Assembly (NCBI GenBank): GCA_002269645.1
Contig: NIVC01002373.1
Location: forward strand, 75,674-139,673
DNA: 64,000 nt
Direction: 5' to 3'
Origin: Macrostomum lignano
Lineage: Eukaryota
Below, one piece after another: positions 26,520-39,240 of the stretch; position 1 is the first letter of the stretch; each line of letters begins with the position of its first letter. Made by a program: the position numbers and the translations under genes. Below the pieces are notes generated by a model, which saw only the letters and a program-made list of their open reading frames with translations, had not been told where the DNA came from and searched no databases.

Positions 26520-28457
26520 TTAGAGCTCGTCCTTCAAATCCTTGCCTCCCTCAGTCGGGGCGGCCGCATCCTCAACATCGAAGATGATGCGCTCCGCATC
26601 CAGGATGTCGCTCATGTACAGCACATTCGGGTCGCCTGTCCGCGCATCGCCGGGAAGCTCGGGCCGGAACTGCCTGTTAAACTCCACCAGGAAGCGCAGG
26701 GTCTCCACGTAGCCCTGGCTGGTGGCAGCGTCCGTCATGCGACTGGAGCGGACGCTGCCCGACTTCGTCACCATCAGCACCGACATGCCGGGCACCGACG
26801 CTGTCAGCCCCGTCAGCCCGGCGGACTTAAGAGCGTCCGGCTGGTCGGCCTGCGGCAACAGGGCGAAGTTGAAGTTCCGGATGAGCTTCCGGGACAGCAC
26901 TTTGTGCAGCAGGGTCGGCTTGTCGTCCTCTGCGAGGGGTTGAAGGTTGAAGCTATTGAAGAGCTAAGTGGAGAAGTTCCGGCTTTTGCCAGGAGGGAAT
27001 CTTATTTGAGGCATGCTGAAGGACGGCCGGATGACCTCAATGCTGATCTCCCCGTCCGTAATACCCTCTCCCGTCGCCAATACCCCTTCTCCCGTCGCCA
27101 ATACCCATTCTCCCGTCCGCAATACCCCTTCTCCCGTCCCCAATACCCCTTCTACCGTCCCCAATACCCCTTCTCCCGTCCCCAATACCCATTCTCCCGT
27201 CCCCAATACCCATTCTCCCGTCGCCAATACCCCTTCTACCGTCCCCAATACCCCTTCTCCCGTCCGCAATACCCCTTCTCCCGTCCCCAATACCCATTCT
27301 CCCGTCCCCAATACTCCTTCTACCGTCCCCAATACCCATTCTCCCGTCGCCAATACCTCTTCTCCCGTCGCCAATACCTCTTCTCCCGTCCCCAATACCC
27401 CATTCTCCCGTCCCCAATATCCCTTCTACCGTCCCCAATACCCCTTCTACCGTCCCCAATGCCCCTTCTACCGTCGCCAATACCCCTTCTCCCGTCCCGT
27501 CCCCTCTCCTGTCAGTCCAGTCCAGTCTCTCATGGGCTCAAGGGCCAGCACTCACTAACGGTGAACAGCACGGTGAATCTTGATGGCTTGGAGGCGATTG
27601 CCTCTGACAGCAGGGTCTTTGTGTCCTTCTCGGAATTCAGAACCGTCAGAAAGTCGTCCGGCACGGAGGCGGCCGCGTGCTCCAGCGCCGCTCTGAAGCC
27701 ATCGGTGTCCAGAAATTTCTGTTGCTTCCGGGTCTCCCAGCCGAAGGGCAGCGACCGGAAAAAGTTACGGCTGGGGTCAAATTTCTGCAGATGGTATCGG
27801 GAAATTTATACGAATATTTTGCTTTTACTAATACATTCCCTCCCTCAGGTACCAGCATGCTGAGCACCCCCCCTCAGGTACCAGCAAACTGAGCACCCCT
27901 CCCTCAGGTACCAGCATGCTGAGCACCCCTCCCTCAGGTACCAGCATGCTGAGCACCCCTCCCTCAGGTACCAGCATGCTGAGCACCCCTCCCTCAGGTA
28001 CCAGCATGCTGAGCACCCCTCCCTCAGGTACCAGCATGCTGAGCACCCCTCCCTCAGGTACCAGCATGCTGAGCACCCCTCCCTCAGGTACCAGCATGCT
28101 GAGCACCCCTCCCTCAGGTACCAGCATGCTGAGCACCCCTCCCTCAGGTACCAGCATGCTGAGCGCCTCCTTGTCTCCAACGTCGAGCATTCCGAACCGC
28201 ACGAGTCCGCGCCACTCGCCCGCCAGCCGCTTGACCTCCGGGTCCAAGAAGCCGTCGTGCACGTAGAGAACCCAGGCCTGCTCGTCTTGCATTGCTGCGC
28301 TGCTGAGGTTGGCCGCCGAGAGGGGCACAAAGTCCTGGTAGAGCCGATGCTCATTCAAGAAGACACTGCGCTTCAGGCTGCTCTGAGCTGCCGCAGAAGT
28401 CAGGAGCTGCAGCAGCAGCAGCGGCAGAAGCAGAGCGAGACTGAATTTATTCAGCAT
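26520..28457 (-). CDS. ER-lumenal protein (~314 aa): signal peptide, probable redox-inactive thioredoxin-like domains, C-terminal KDEL; exons 28457-28152, 27784-27556, 26929-26520
   Basis: Signal peptide MLNKFSLALLLPLLLLQLLTSAAA. The three exons join in frame through GT-AG sites (phases 0 and 1) and the protein ends KDLKDEL*. No CxxC. The thioredoxin fold is inferred from AWVLYVHD..LAGEWRGLVRFGMLDV and KPTLLHKVLSRK..FNFA. Confidence 0.75.
27060..27500. repeat. 21-bp minisatellite in intron 2 of the KDEL gene
   Basis: CCCCAATACCCYTTCTCCCGT units. Confidence 0.95.
27840..28165. repeat. 30-bp minisatellite containing repeated copies of the exon-1 splice donor
   Basis: About 11 copies of (minus strand) CTCAGCATGCTG|GTACCTGAGGGAGGGGTG. 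Confidence 0.95.
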
Positions 28458-30116
28458 CGCCTCAGGCTTTCCACGCATTTCTGAGCAGGGGCCTCTCTAT
28501 TGCACCGAGCCCCGTCTTGTCTTACTTAAGACCTCCAAATGCAGCGAGTGCTTATCTGCCCCCTCCCCGTGAACGGGGCGGCAGTGTGGCGGGTTTGGCA
28601 GGCAGGGCAACCCAAACAGGCAGATTGGCAGACAAATGAGCTGCGCTGCCTCAGTCGAGTGGCCACGTGGCTCGCGTGGGAATTCGCCACTTGCTTTCAG
28701 GCGAGTCATTTGACTCAAATTAGTTTGTTTGCAGCAGCGCCAAGCAGCTTCTATCGATCTCTCTTCCTCTCAATAGGATTTTTAACTCTGTCAGATATCG
28801 AGTAAATTAATTATCGCGCAACGCCTCCCAATCTTAATTAAAAAATTAAAGTTATATTTTAATTTGTAAATTTGTAGGCATTTTTTTCCGTTAGTAGCAG
28901 GAAACGTATTTTAAGTCGAAATCAACAGAACAATCAAAGAATTCCTTTAAAAAAATCAATCAGGTGCTAGGGCTGCACTGTTCCCATGCGCTCCTTCGGT
29001 CCAGCCTGTTGGTTCCCAACAAGCCGCGCATCACCCAGTCGGATCAGCTGCTCATCCACTCCGGCCATCAATCCCAGCTCAGGCGGGCAGCAGCGGCTCT
29101 CAGAGCAGGCCTGAGCGCTTCTCCGCCCCGGCCATCAATCTTGGCCGAGTGGCGGCCGCCTCAATCAGTTTTGGGGCGCCGCCCAGAGGCTGCGGAATTC
29201 CCGAGGCCCCGAGCAGCAGCGGGGAGCAACGGGCCGGCAGCCTCCCCCCTGCCCCGGTCCAGCCTGTACTTTTAATCCCCTGCTCGGCCCATCGCTGACC
29301 ACCCTCCGGCTCAGAAAGCCTCGGCCATGTTCGGCTGTAAATTAAACTGGAACAAAAAATGCGAGCCGAGCGCTCAGCTTTGCCGAATTTCATATCCTGG
29401 ACTTTCTCCAGCGGTGCCACAGCTGAGAGTAGATGGGGTCTGTGCAGCCAAATTATCCAGTTTTCGTCCCACCGAAAATACAAGCAGAATATTTTTGAAA
29501 ATAATCTTCGCCAGCTAATAAACATCTGAGTCGTTGTATTTAAAAATTAAACCATAAGTCGGATAGGAGAGTTCTGTACATCAGCAGGTTTCAGGCCGAG
29601 CTAAGGAGGGGGGGGTTTCGCGGGGCAGCCGGAACAGCTGGGGCAGCTGGTAAAATTTTGCACGTGGCGCGTGGACCATGGCATAGATATGGGAATAGAA
29701 CTAGAAGGGATTAAGTTACTGTCAGGCTGTCCTGTCTTACCGATCTGTTCAGCTTGGGCTGCTCATTAGACACGGAGGACTTACTTTTCCTACCTATGAT
29801 CGATAGCGCAGGGAGGTGAATCGATGTAATTGGATAGCACTGCACTGCACAGGGCCGCTTCATCCGCTTTCTCGAGTTGCTTTCCACTGAGGGGAGGGAC
29901 GAGCTTCACGCACCGGCTCCTGTGAGCTCACGGTGCTGCACCCATGGCCAACTTCAGAGCTGAGAAATCAAATGAAAATTTAACTGATGAACGGATTGCC
30001 CTCAGAAGCTTAGCGCTTGGCAGTCCCAGTCGGAATTCGGGGCAGAACAGAATGTGAGCTAATATGGACAGTAGTCAGCATGCGAGGCAATGCAATCGCA
30101 GGTGCAATCGGGCCCG

Positions 30117-30842
30117 CTACATCAGGCCGCACTTCTTCCCCGCTGCACCTTCGGCAGCTTCCGCACCCGCCGCTCCTGATGCGCCTGCACTCGCGCCGGA
30201 GGTTCCCGCCTTGTCCGTCTTGTCCGTTTTGTCTGTCTTGTCTGCTTTCTCCGCCTTCTTGTCCGCCTTCTCCGCCTTCTTGTCCGCCTTGCCCTTCTTC
30301 TTCTTGTCTCCAACCAGCGCCATGTTGCGCTCCTTGTCCATCTGCAGCAGCTGGGCGAACAGCTCCGTGACGTTCACGTTCTCCTTTGCGGAAGTCTCGA
30401 TGAAGCCGCAGCCCCACTTGTTGGCGATGGCGGCCCCCGTCTCCTTGCCGACCTCCCTGGCCGCCTCGTCGCACTTGTTGGCTACGAGCATCATGGGGAT
30501 CTTAGCGATATCCGGGCCCTTGATCTCCTTGATTTCGTTCACAATAGTGTTTAGCTCGACCAGGCTGGACCGCGATGTCACTGAGTACACCAGGATGAAG
30601 GCGTGGCCTTTGCTCATGCTGAGCCGCATCATTGCTGGGAATTGGTGCGATCCAGTTGTGTCCGTGATCTGCAACGTGCACACCTGCTTGTCATTGGTGA
30701 TGACCTGCCGATACGTGTCCTCAACGGTGGGCGTGTAGGCCTCTTTGAAGGTGCCCTTGATGAAGCGCTGCACCAGCGAGGACTTGCCGACGCCGGCGGA
30801 GCCGAAGACAGCCACTCGGTAGTCGTTGCTTTGCTCCGGCAT
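30117..30842 (-). CDS. DIRAS: Di-Ras family small GTPase, intronless
   Basis: [41 protein letters not shown] (Di-Ras-type G3), NKCD, ETSAK and CaaX CGLM. Confidence 0.95.
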   Translation of the reverse strand: MPEQSNDYRVAVFGSAGVGKSSLVQRFIKGTFKEAYTPTVEDTYRQVITNDKQVCTLQITDTTGSHQFPAMMRLSMSKGHAFILVYSVTSRSSLVELNTIVNEIKEIKGPDIAKIPMMLVANKCDEAAREVGKETGAAIANKWGCGFIETSAKENVNVTELFAQLLQMDKERNMALVGDKKKKGKADKKAEKADKKAEKADKTDKTDKTDKAGTSGASAGASGAAGAEAAEGAAGKKCGLM

Positions 30843-31084
30843 GGGGGCGAAGTCTGCTGTTGTTGAACTGCGGGCGGTTGGGTTTACAGCGCTCGTAGTC
30901 AGTCCGCAGTTACGAGACCGCTAGGATTGCGGATTGAAGATTGGATTGAGGATTGCGTGCGTGCTCGTGGTTAACAATTTGCAGTTTGCTCTGCCGCAAA
31001 TCAACGCCCAAGCCCGTCACGCAGCCAGCGAGGAGACCAGCTGATATGGCCCCTGAGTTCCCCTCACATGCACTGCAAGTCCTC

Positions 31085-31470
31085 TGCAGGTACTTCAGTT
31101 AATCCCATAGTCCTATGCAAGTACTTCAGTTACTCCCATAGTCCTATGCAAGTACTTCAGTTACTCCCATAGTCCTATGCAAGTACTTCAGTTACTCCCA
31201 TAGTCCTATGCAAGTACTTCAGTTACTCCCATAGTCCTCTGCAGGTACTTCAGTTAATCCCATAGTCCTCTGCAGGTACTTCAGTTAATCCCATAGTCCT
31301 CTGCAGGTACTTCAGTTACACCCATAGTCCTATGCAAGTACTTCAGTTACTCCCATAGTCCTCTGCAGGTACTTCAGTTAATCCCATAGTCCTCTGCAGG
31401 TACTTCAGTTAATCCCATAGTCCTCTGCAGGTACTTCAGTTACACCCATAGTCCTATGCAAGTACTTCAG
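31085..31470. repeat. 31-bp minisatellite (GCAGGTACTTCAGTTAATCCCATAGTCCTCT)
   Basis: Directly visible. Confidence 0.95.
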
Positions 31471-33194
31471 TTAAACGCAGTCATTCGATTCAAAAATGAA
31501 AGAGCAATAAAGCTCGACGCCGGGTCTCCAGGACTGAAAGCTTTCGGGATTCCAGCACTTATCCGAGAACTCCGAGGAACCCCCCCCCGACCGCCTGTTT
31601 CAGGCGCTCTAGCCGTGGCCTACGTCACGCACCGAGCTACTCAGGGGATGAGCCGTGGGCAGAAAGTGCAAGCTTGTGAGCGGCCAGGCTACTCAGGCAC
31701 CGGCAGGCCGGACCAACTGCCCAGTGAAGGGTGGGGGAGAAAACGGAAGGAGAAGCTGATGGAAGCAGAGCTGAGTCCGATAGCAAATAATTGATGAGCC
31801 CAGGTGCCCGTCCTGCTGGACTGCAAGTCTATCTTGACCAGCTCAGGTACTGTTGGCGGAAAATCATTCCCAATTCCCATCTCCCTAAGTAAATCCCCTA
31901 TCAGCTGCCTCCGTGAGCTTCCCACTGCTCTGCATCAAACTGGCAGCGTCAAGCAGAATTCCTCCAGCTCAATTATTTTTGTTAGAATTTTTTATCAGCG
32001 GTTGCCAAAGTTCCTCGCAATAAAACTGATGAAGTTGCGGTTGGCAGGTAGGATAATTGACCTGGGCAGCTGGAAGGTCGCTCCGATCCACACTCGAATG
32101 GGAGATTGCTGGAGTGCTCAGGATTAGTCCAGATTGGGATTTGCTCCGCCGCTTCTGCCATCGAGAACTCACTTCCCCACCGAGAGGATTATCGGCTGGC
32201 CGCAGGGATTAGCAGATAGAGATTAAATTGCTGCGATCTCCCGTTTCCATCCCATTCCAGTCCGACTTTTAGCCAGTGCACTTTCCTGCCACATGACATC
32301 TGGCCTGTCAGCTGGGTGAGGAGCCCAGACTCCCCTGCTGTCTGGTGCCGCACCCGCACTCTCCATCTCCCATTAAAACACTGCGGGGGGCACTTACTCC
32401 CCTCTCCCCCGCACTTCCCCTCCCCCTGTTTCCCCATCCGGCTTCGCTGGCGGCTCCGAATTGGAAATTTCCCAGGAGCTCTCGAAGGTCGGCCGGGCCT
32501 GAAGGCGAGCGGTTCCTGCCTGGCCGATGGGGCGGGGGGGGGGGGCAGCGGCAGCCACCCCCTGGGATCGCTGAGGTCGGCCTGGTAGCCGGGATTGTCC
32601 TGACATGACGCGCCTCTGCCCCTTCCTCTCCCTGTGCTCAGCCTTCCTGCCCCAGCAGCGGGGACAGCCGCTGGGATCCCCTGCACCACTGAGAGGCGCC
32701 CAGCCGCCCCCGCGTTAAATACATTCTTTCTTCCAGCTCCGCGCTACCAGGAGGCTGGTAGGAATGATGGGGCTGAATCGATGCCGCTGAATCGATCCAA
32801 TAGATCTAGATAAGCAGGGGAAACTTGGTTAAAAAAAGAGAGAGACGCAATGAAGGAGGAAAATGATTAGCAGTGCTTGAGAAAAGACGGGGTTTCGGTG
32901 ACTATGGTCAAGATTCACTACTGCTCCAGTTGCTGGCTAAAATTAGGAGTGCAAAAGAACTCGTGACAGCAATTTTTCCAGCCACTGCTAAACTCTGACG
33001 CTCTCTTTGCTAAAGTGCATCCTGAACTGCCGTCCGTATTGATTATTGCAGCCAGCCAGACCGGTAGCTGAAAGTGTGAGGAGTTTCAATCCGGGAGCGG
33101 AAGGCTGAGCTGCCTTTTCAGTGGGCCTGAGAGCTTGGGAGCTGGCGGGGAGCCCGCGTTTCCATGGGCCGGCAGGGAGGCTAAGAAAACTGCC

Positions 33195-33385
33195 GGCGTG
33201 CGATGCGATAACTGAGGTTGGGGAGGCACTGGAGCACTTGCAGGAGTTAGCAATGACTATGCGATAACTTAGGTTGGGGAGGCACTGGAGCACTTGCAGG
33301 AGTTAACAATGACTATGCGATAACTGAGGTTGGGGAGGCACTGGAGCACTTGCAGGAGTTAACAATGACTATGCGATAACTGATA
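33195..33385. repeat. 56-bp tandem repeat, ~3 copies
   Basis: GCGATAACTGAGGTTGGGGAGGCACTGGAGCACTTGCAGGAGTTAGCAATGACTAT. Confidence 0.9.
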
Positions 33386-33944
33386 GGGAGGGGTAGACAA
33401 GTAGCTAAGGAAGGAGTTGCAGAAAGTGAACGATTCACAGTTCTGTATTGTGCGAAATGCCTTAACGGAATTCGAGTGGGCAAAGTTCGAAAAGTAGATC
33501 ACCGCAATCTCATTTCCATCCAGCCGTGGGGAATCTCCATGCAGTCTCCACTCAGAATCCCCCGAACTTGATGGTGCTGTGGAGGCGGGGCTCCTGGGGA
33601 ACTCAAAGCGCATTTCAGGCTTGATTGGCGCTGGGGCAGACAGGGGGAGATGAAGCTCGGAGGCCGGTGGGAGGGCAGTTAATGGGCCTAAAAGCAATTC
33701 GACTGCCCTCGCCCGCCTCCGTTTCCCATTATCTGCGGGCCTTTGATTTATCTGTGAGCGCAGCTTTTTCGGCCTTTGGACGCATTTTAAGCGGGCTTCG
33801 GTGCTTTTGACTGTTGGACAGCTCGGGCAACCCTCGAATCGATTTTGCACTGAGGGACGAAATGAATTATTCATCTCAGCTTTGCTGCCGATGGGACCGA
33901 CGGAGACGCCAGCTGGGACAGCGGGCGAGTGCAAAGGCGATTCA

Positions 33945-35120
33945 GTCATAGCCTGCTGGCCTGAGAGAGTGAGAGCCAAGGCGATTCAGTCATAGCCTGC
34001 TGGCCTGAGAGAGTGAGGGCCAATGCGATTCAGTCATAGCCTGCTGGCCTGAGAGAGTGAGGGCCAATGCGATTCAGTCATAGCCTGCTGGCCTGAGAGA
34101 GTGAGGGCCAATGCGATTCAGTCATAGCCTGCTGGCCTGAGAGAGTGAGGGCCAATGCGATTCAGTCATAGCCTGCTGGCCTGAGAGAGTGAGGGCCAAT
34201 GCGATTCAGTCATAGCCTGCTGGCCTGAGAGAGTGAGGGCCAATGCGATTCAGTCATAGCCTGCTGGCCTGAGAGAGTGAGGGCCAATGCGATTCAGTCA
34301 TAGCCTGCTGGCCTGAGAGAGTGAGGGCCAATGCGATTCAGTCATAGCCTGCTGGCCTGAGAGAGTGAGGGCCAATGCGTCACTCGCCTCCCACAGGCTA
34401 GGGAGAGTGAGGGGCCAATGCGTCACTCGCTTCCCACAGGCTAGGGTGAGTGAGGGACCAATGCGTCACTCGCCTCCCACAGGCTAGGGAGAGTGAGGGG
34501 CCAATGCGTCACTAGCCTCCCACAGGCTAGGGAGAGTGAGGGACCAATGCGTCACTCGCCTCCCACAGGCTAGGGAGAGTGAGGGGCCAATGCAGGGGGG
34601 CCGTAGCCCAGCGGTAGCGCAGCTGCTCTGGTGTGCCGTGACCCAGGCTCGATTCCAAGTGCAGCCACATTAATTTGGGGCTGAATTGGAATTTCGGCTT
34701 GGCTCGCTTGTGCAATTAACGGCCTTGAGAGCCAACCCCCCAAGGCGCAGTGAAGTGTACATGCCTAACGATAATATAAAGTTAGGGCCGCTGTACACTC
34801 CTGTGTGAGTGTGTGCCTGCGTAACGTATCCGCGCGCTTGTATGCCTGCTCAGGGGAGTCGGCGGAATGGGCAGTAATGCCTCTCGCCGGTTGTGTGCCA
34901 ATGACGCTTAAATTGCGCCAGGGTGCACACAACCCCCTGCCTCTAATAAAAAAGAGGGGCCAATGCGTCACTCGCCTCCCACAGGCTAGGGAGAGTGAGG
35001 GGCCAATGCGTCACTCGCTTCCCACAGGCTAGGGTGAGTGAGGGACCAATGCGTCACTCGCCTCCCACAGGCTAGGGAGAGTGAGGGGCCAATGCGTCAC
35101 TCGCTTTCCACAGGCTAGCA
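33945..35120. repeat. Two related 43-44-bp minisatellites, interrupted by a SINE
   Basis: The units share GAGAGTGAGGGCCAATGCG. Confidence 0.9.
34594..34953 (+). mobile_element. tRNA-derived SINE with 13-bp target-site duplication
   Basis: A box TAGCCCAGCGG (34604-34614), B-box-like GGCTCGATTCC (34646-34656), A-rich 3' end, and flanking direct repeat GAGGGGCCAATGC (34581-34593 and 34954-34966). Confidence 0.75.
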
Positions 35121-36949
35121 CCAACAAATCTTGAGTCGTAGAGACTCCACTCTAAGCATTGCAGATACGGGGAAAACTTACATTGAAGGCCGAGTTGCAG
35201 CTGCTGAAGGAGTCTCCTGTTGCGCCAAAGTCCGCCAAAGGCCAGCAGCAGCTGTGGACTTGTTTCGTACAAGCCAACCAAGCCCTAGAGCGGTCGCAAA
35301 ACCAACGCCGCTCCCAGCACGGGGCTTTATGCAGGCCTCCCCTTCTTCCCACTCTGCCTCCCTCTGCCCCGATCCCAACTCCCATCTCGCGTCTCTCTTG
35401 CGTCTGCCAACACCAGCTGCCCCTCACGGAGCTAAAGTTTGCAGCCTGCCGCCATTGGCTGCTGACCGGGGGGGGGGGGGGCTGGCTTGCTCTGCCTGAG
35501 AGCTTGCTTGACATGAACTTTGATCTAGACAGCTGGGATGCAGCTCCAAGCTGTGAGACTGGGGTGGTCTCTAGACAGCTGGGATGCAGCTCCAAGCTGT
35601 GAGCTGAGGCTTGACAACTAATTTTTCAGATTCTTCCTCACTGACACCCTCCTCTCCCCTCTCCTCCCACGTCTCCCCTCTACTCTCTCATTTATCCTGT
35701 CCAGCATTCCCTTCACTCTCTTCCCCACCTCTCCACCCATCTCCTTCCCCATCTCTTCGCGGAGGCACTACACCGAAGGCTATTTAATTGCCTGAAAAAG
35801 GTTTCTCAAATCGAAAAAGCCTCGTATTCGAGGCCCGCACTAATTTGCGATCTCAGAATTCCACACCTGATCCCCTGCCCCTGCTCTCTCTGTCACCTGA
35901 TAATTGATAAACATCTCACTCCATTCGCCATCTCTGCCACTCGCGTGCTCATGCTGCCAGCAGTTTTTGTGGAATAACAGAGGCAGTCGTGGCTCAATTA
36001 TGACTGGCGCTATTATGACTGGCGCTATTATGACTGGCGCATCCGGGACTGCCGGAAATGGCGCGGGCAGCGCAGCCCCCTTTCTCGCCTCCGCACACGC
36101 AGTTGATTTTCCGCGAGGACCCTCAGCCCCACCGCGGGAATATCCTGGCTGAGCTCGCAGGCCGCGGGAATTCTCAGGGCCTCGGAGTCCATAAAGTGCA
36201 AACCGTCGCCGCGGGAGCCAAAAAGGCGATGCTCTCGGCACTGCCTGCGCGGGCGGGGAGAGAGCGGAGAGTCTCAAGAAGGCCCCGAGCTTCAATTAGC
36301 ATACTGGGCTGCTGGGCGCTGCATCGGATATGCGAGCCCACGAGCTGAGGAGGCGGCGGCTGCTGATTCAATTTCTTGGAAACGAATTTCGGAAAGAATT
36401 CTGGGGCTCTATCTTAGGTCACGGATGGCTCGGGTGCATGCTTGGGAGCTCATCCCCATGCGAATTCTCCCAGTATCTGCCTGGCAGCGCTGCAGCCCCA
36501 GCCACTGCCAGGCTCAGATTCTGCCAACACGGGTTTTCTTGGCTTTCATAAATTTTGCATCTCCTGCGTTCCCCTCGGCTCTCCCATCTGAACGCTTCCT
36601 TAAACTCAGTGATTTGATTGCAGCAGGAAACGGAGCTGGAGTTTCCTGGCCTGGCAACTGCTTGCTGCAATCGCGCTCGCAAAACAAGAAATACCTGCAA
36701 GTTTTATGTCAGGATTTTAATAATAAACCAAGCACGAAAATTATGCATTGAGGATTCTCGGGGGTGATGAATTAGGACAGAGGATTATCAAAATTGAGGA
36801 TTACTGATAAGGGTTATGAGTTTAGAACTATTTATTTAACGGATTAGAATAAGGAGGACAATGACTAAAGATTAAAGCTTTGAATTGATTTGAAATTATG
36901 AATCGGGATTATGAAATCTGACTTTGGAGCATTAAAATAGGAGTTTTGG

Positions 36950-37905
36950 AGAACAGCTTCACCAATCACAGCTTCACCGATCACAGCTTCACCGATCACA
37001 GCTTCACCGATCACAGCTTCGCTGATCACAGCTTCGCTGATCACAGCTTCACCAATCACAGCTTCACCGATCACAGCTTCACCGATCACAGCTTCACTGA
37101 TCACAGCTTCACTGATCACAGCTTCACCAATCACAGCTTCACCGATCACAGCTTCACCGATCACAGCTTCACCAATCACAGCTTCACCGATCACAGCTTC
37201 ACCAATCACAGCTTCACTAATCACAGCTTCACCGATCACAGCTTCACTGATCACAGCTTCACCGATCACAGCTTCACTGATCACAGCTTCACCGATCACA
37301 GCTTCACCGATCACAGCTTCACCGATCACAGCTTCACCAATCACAGCTTCACTAATCACAGCTTCACCGATCACAGCTTCACTGATCACAGCTTCACTGA
37401 TCACAGCTTCACTGATCACAGCTTCACCGATCACAGCTTCACCAATCACAGCTTCACCAATCACAGCTTCACCAATCACAGCTTCACTGATCACAGCTTC
37501 ACCGATCACAGCTTCACCGATCACAGCTTCACTGATCACAGCTTCACCGATCACAGCTTCACCAATCACAGCTTCACCGATCACAGCTTCACCGATCACA
37601 GCTTCACCGATCACAGCTTCACCAATCACAGCTTCACCGATCACAGCTTCACCGATCACAGCTTCACCGATCACAGCTTCACTGATCACAGCTTCACCAA
37701 TCACAGCTTCACCGATCACAGCTTCACCGATCACAGCTTCACCAATAACAGCTTCACCGATCACAGCTTCACTGATCACAGCTTCACCGATCACAGCTTC
37801 ACCGATCACAGCTTCACCAATCACAGCTTCACCAATCACAGCTTCACTGATCACAGCTTCACCGATCACAGCTTCACCGATCACAGCTTCACCGATCACA
37901 GCTTC
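36950..37905. repeat. 15-bp minisatellite (ATCACAGCTTCACYR)
   Basis: Directly visible. Confidence 0.97.
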
Positions 37906-38372
37906 ACAAAGCAAAAATCGCATCTCCAAGTCGCAGTGCTGCTCAGCCTGATGCCCAACTCGTCAAATCCTGCTCCAGCTAAAGTGCAAAGCCGTGCAGA
38001 AATACGCGGCCCAATCTCCAGGTGAGCGCAGCTCAAATATGCGCGGCAGCCGGGTTTGCTCAATCCGATAGCGGCTCTGTTTGCTCAGACCGAGAGCGCG
38101 CGAGCTCGATGTCTCAGTCTGAGCCGTCCCTGTCAACAGGCACCCTGGATGGTCCGAAATCTCTGCTTGGGGAAGATGATGGACGAGATGCGCGAGTTTC
38201 TTGGGCCGGTCGCAAGCGCTAAGCTTCTGTGTGGACCCGACAGCTGACAAGTCCCAGCTCTTGATGTCAAGGCGTATTTTTAAAATAATGCACCTAATCC
38301 GCTGTCCAGATGACAGGGCTCAGCAATGTTTTTTTCTAAGCTGGTGCATGTGTTTTGGGTGCATTTTTGTTA

Positions 38373-38745
38373 CTTAAAGTCACTGAGCTCATCATGTTCA
38401 GCCATCCAGGAAATCTCTCACAAAGCTTAAAGTCACTGAGCTCATCATGTTCAGCCATCCAGGAAATCTCTCACAAAGCTTAAAGTCACTGAGCTCATCA
38501 TGTTCAGCCATCCAGGAAATCTCTCACAAAGCTTAAAGTCACTGAGCTCATCATGTTCAGCCATCCAGGAAATCTCTCACAAAGCTTAAAGTCACTGAGC
38601 TCATCATGTTCAGCCATCCAGGAAATCTCTCACAAAGCTTAAAGTCACTGAGCTCATCATGTTCAGCCATCCAGGAAATCTCTCACAAAGCTTAAAGTCA
38701 CTGAGCTCATCATGTTCAGCCATCCAGGAAATCTCTCACAAAGCT
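38373..38745. repeat. 53-bp tandem repeat, ~7 near-identical copies
   Basis: CTTAAAGTCACTGAGCTCATCATGTTCAGCCATCCAGGAAATCTCTCACAAAG. Confidence 0.95.
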
Positions 38746-38949
38746 GGAACCCCTAGCAGAATGGGATATCGAAATGGAATAATGAGCCATTGTAAATGCA
38801 GAAAAATTAGGCTAGGATGAACTATAGCTGATTCATACGCTCAAATTAAACATTGTGGAGACCTTGTAGTGTTCTAGTAGGACGGTAGAAAGTAAGGGAC
38901 AGGAAAGAATTGGGAAGCGGGACAAAGGAAAATATGAGACAGAGAGCCA

Positions 38950-39240
38950 GCATAGGCTGAGGTGGCTGAGGAAGTACGCCTTACTAACTATGTCCGATCG
39001 ATGGAGCTGCACTTGAGATGTGGAAGCTGGGAAAGAAAAGATGGAGACGCTGAGGAGGCAGAGGACAGAGGCTGTGTGGGGAAGTTCAGGAAGCCTCTCC
39101 GCCTTGCCTCACAGTGGCGGGAGCGGTGGGCAATTCGTGTCGAAAATGGTGGCCCCTAGTGCGAGAGTGAAGCGCAGGGAAGGCTGCAAATCACGGAGGC
39201 GAGATGAAGCTTTTTTGGTAACGCATGGAAGCCTAAACTA
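38950..39240 (-). pseudogene. Possible degenerate 3' fragment of a CR1/L2-type LINE ORF2
   Basis: Minus-strand HSRTRGHHFR.ELP motif followed by frameshifted LNFP..LSSASS, loosely resembling the CR1 C-terminal TRGH...WNxLP region. Confidence 0.3.

Noticed and set aside
36570-36640. QITEFKEAF resembling the calmodulin first helix
   Set aside because: No EF-hand loop follows and no suitable splice donor is present.
37980-38020. LKCKAVQKYAAQSP resembling an SH3 domain start
   Set aside because: The next in-frame exon lacks the ELS/WW SH3 motifs and ends in a stop; the gene at 31-38 kb remains unidentified.
38373-38745. Regular repeat arrays as possible CRISPR arrays (also 22290-22690 and 49335-50065)
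   Set aside because: The units are head-to-tail with no unique spacers, there are no cas genes, and the context is eukaryotic.
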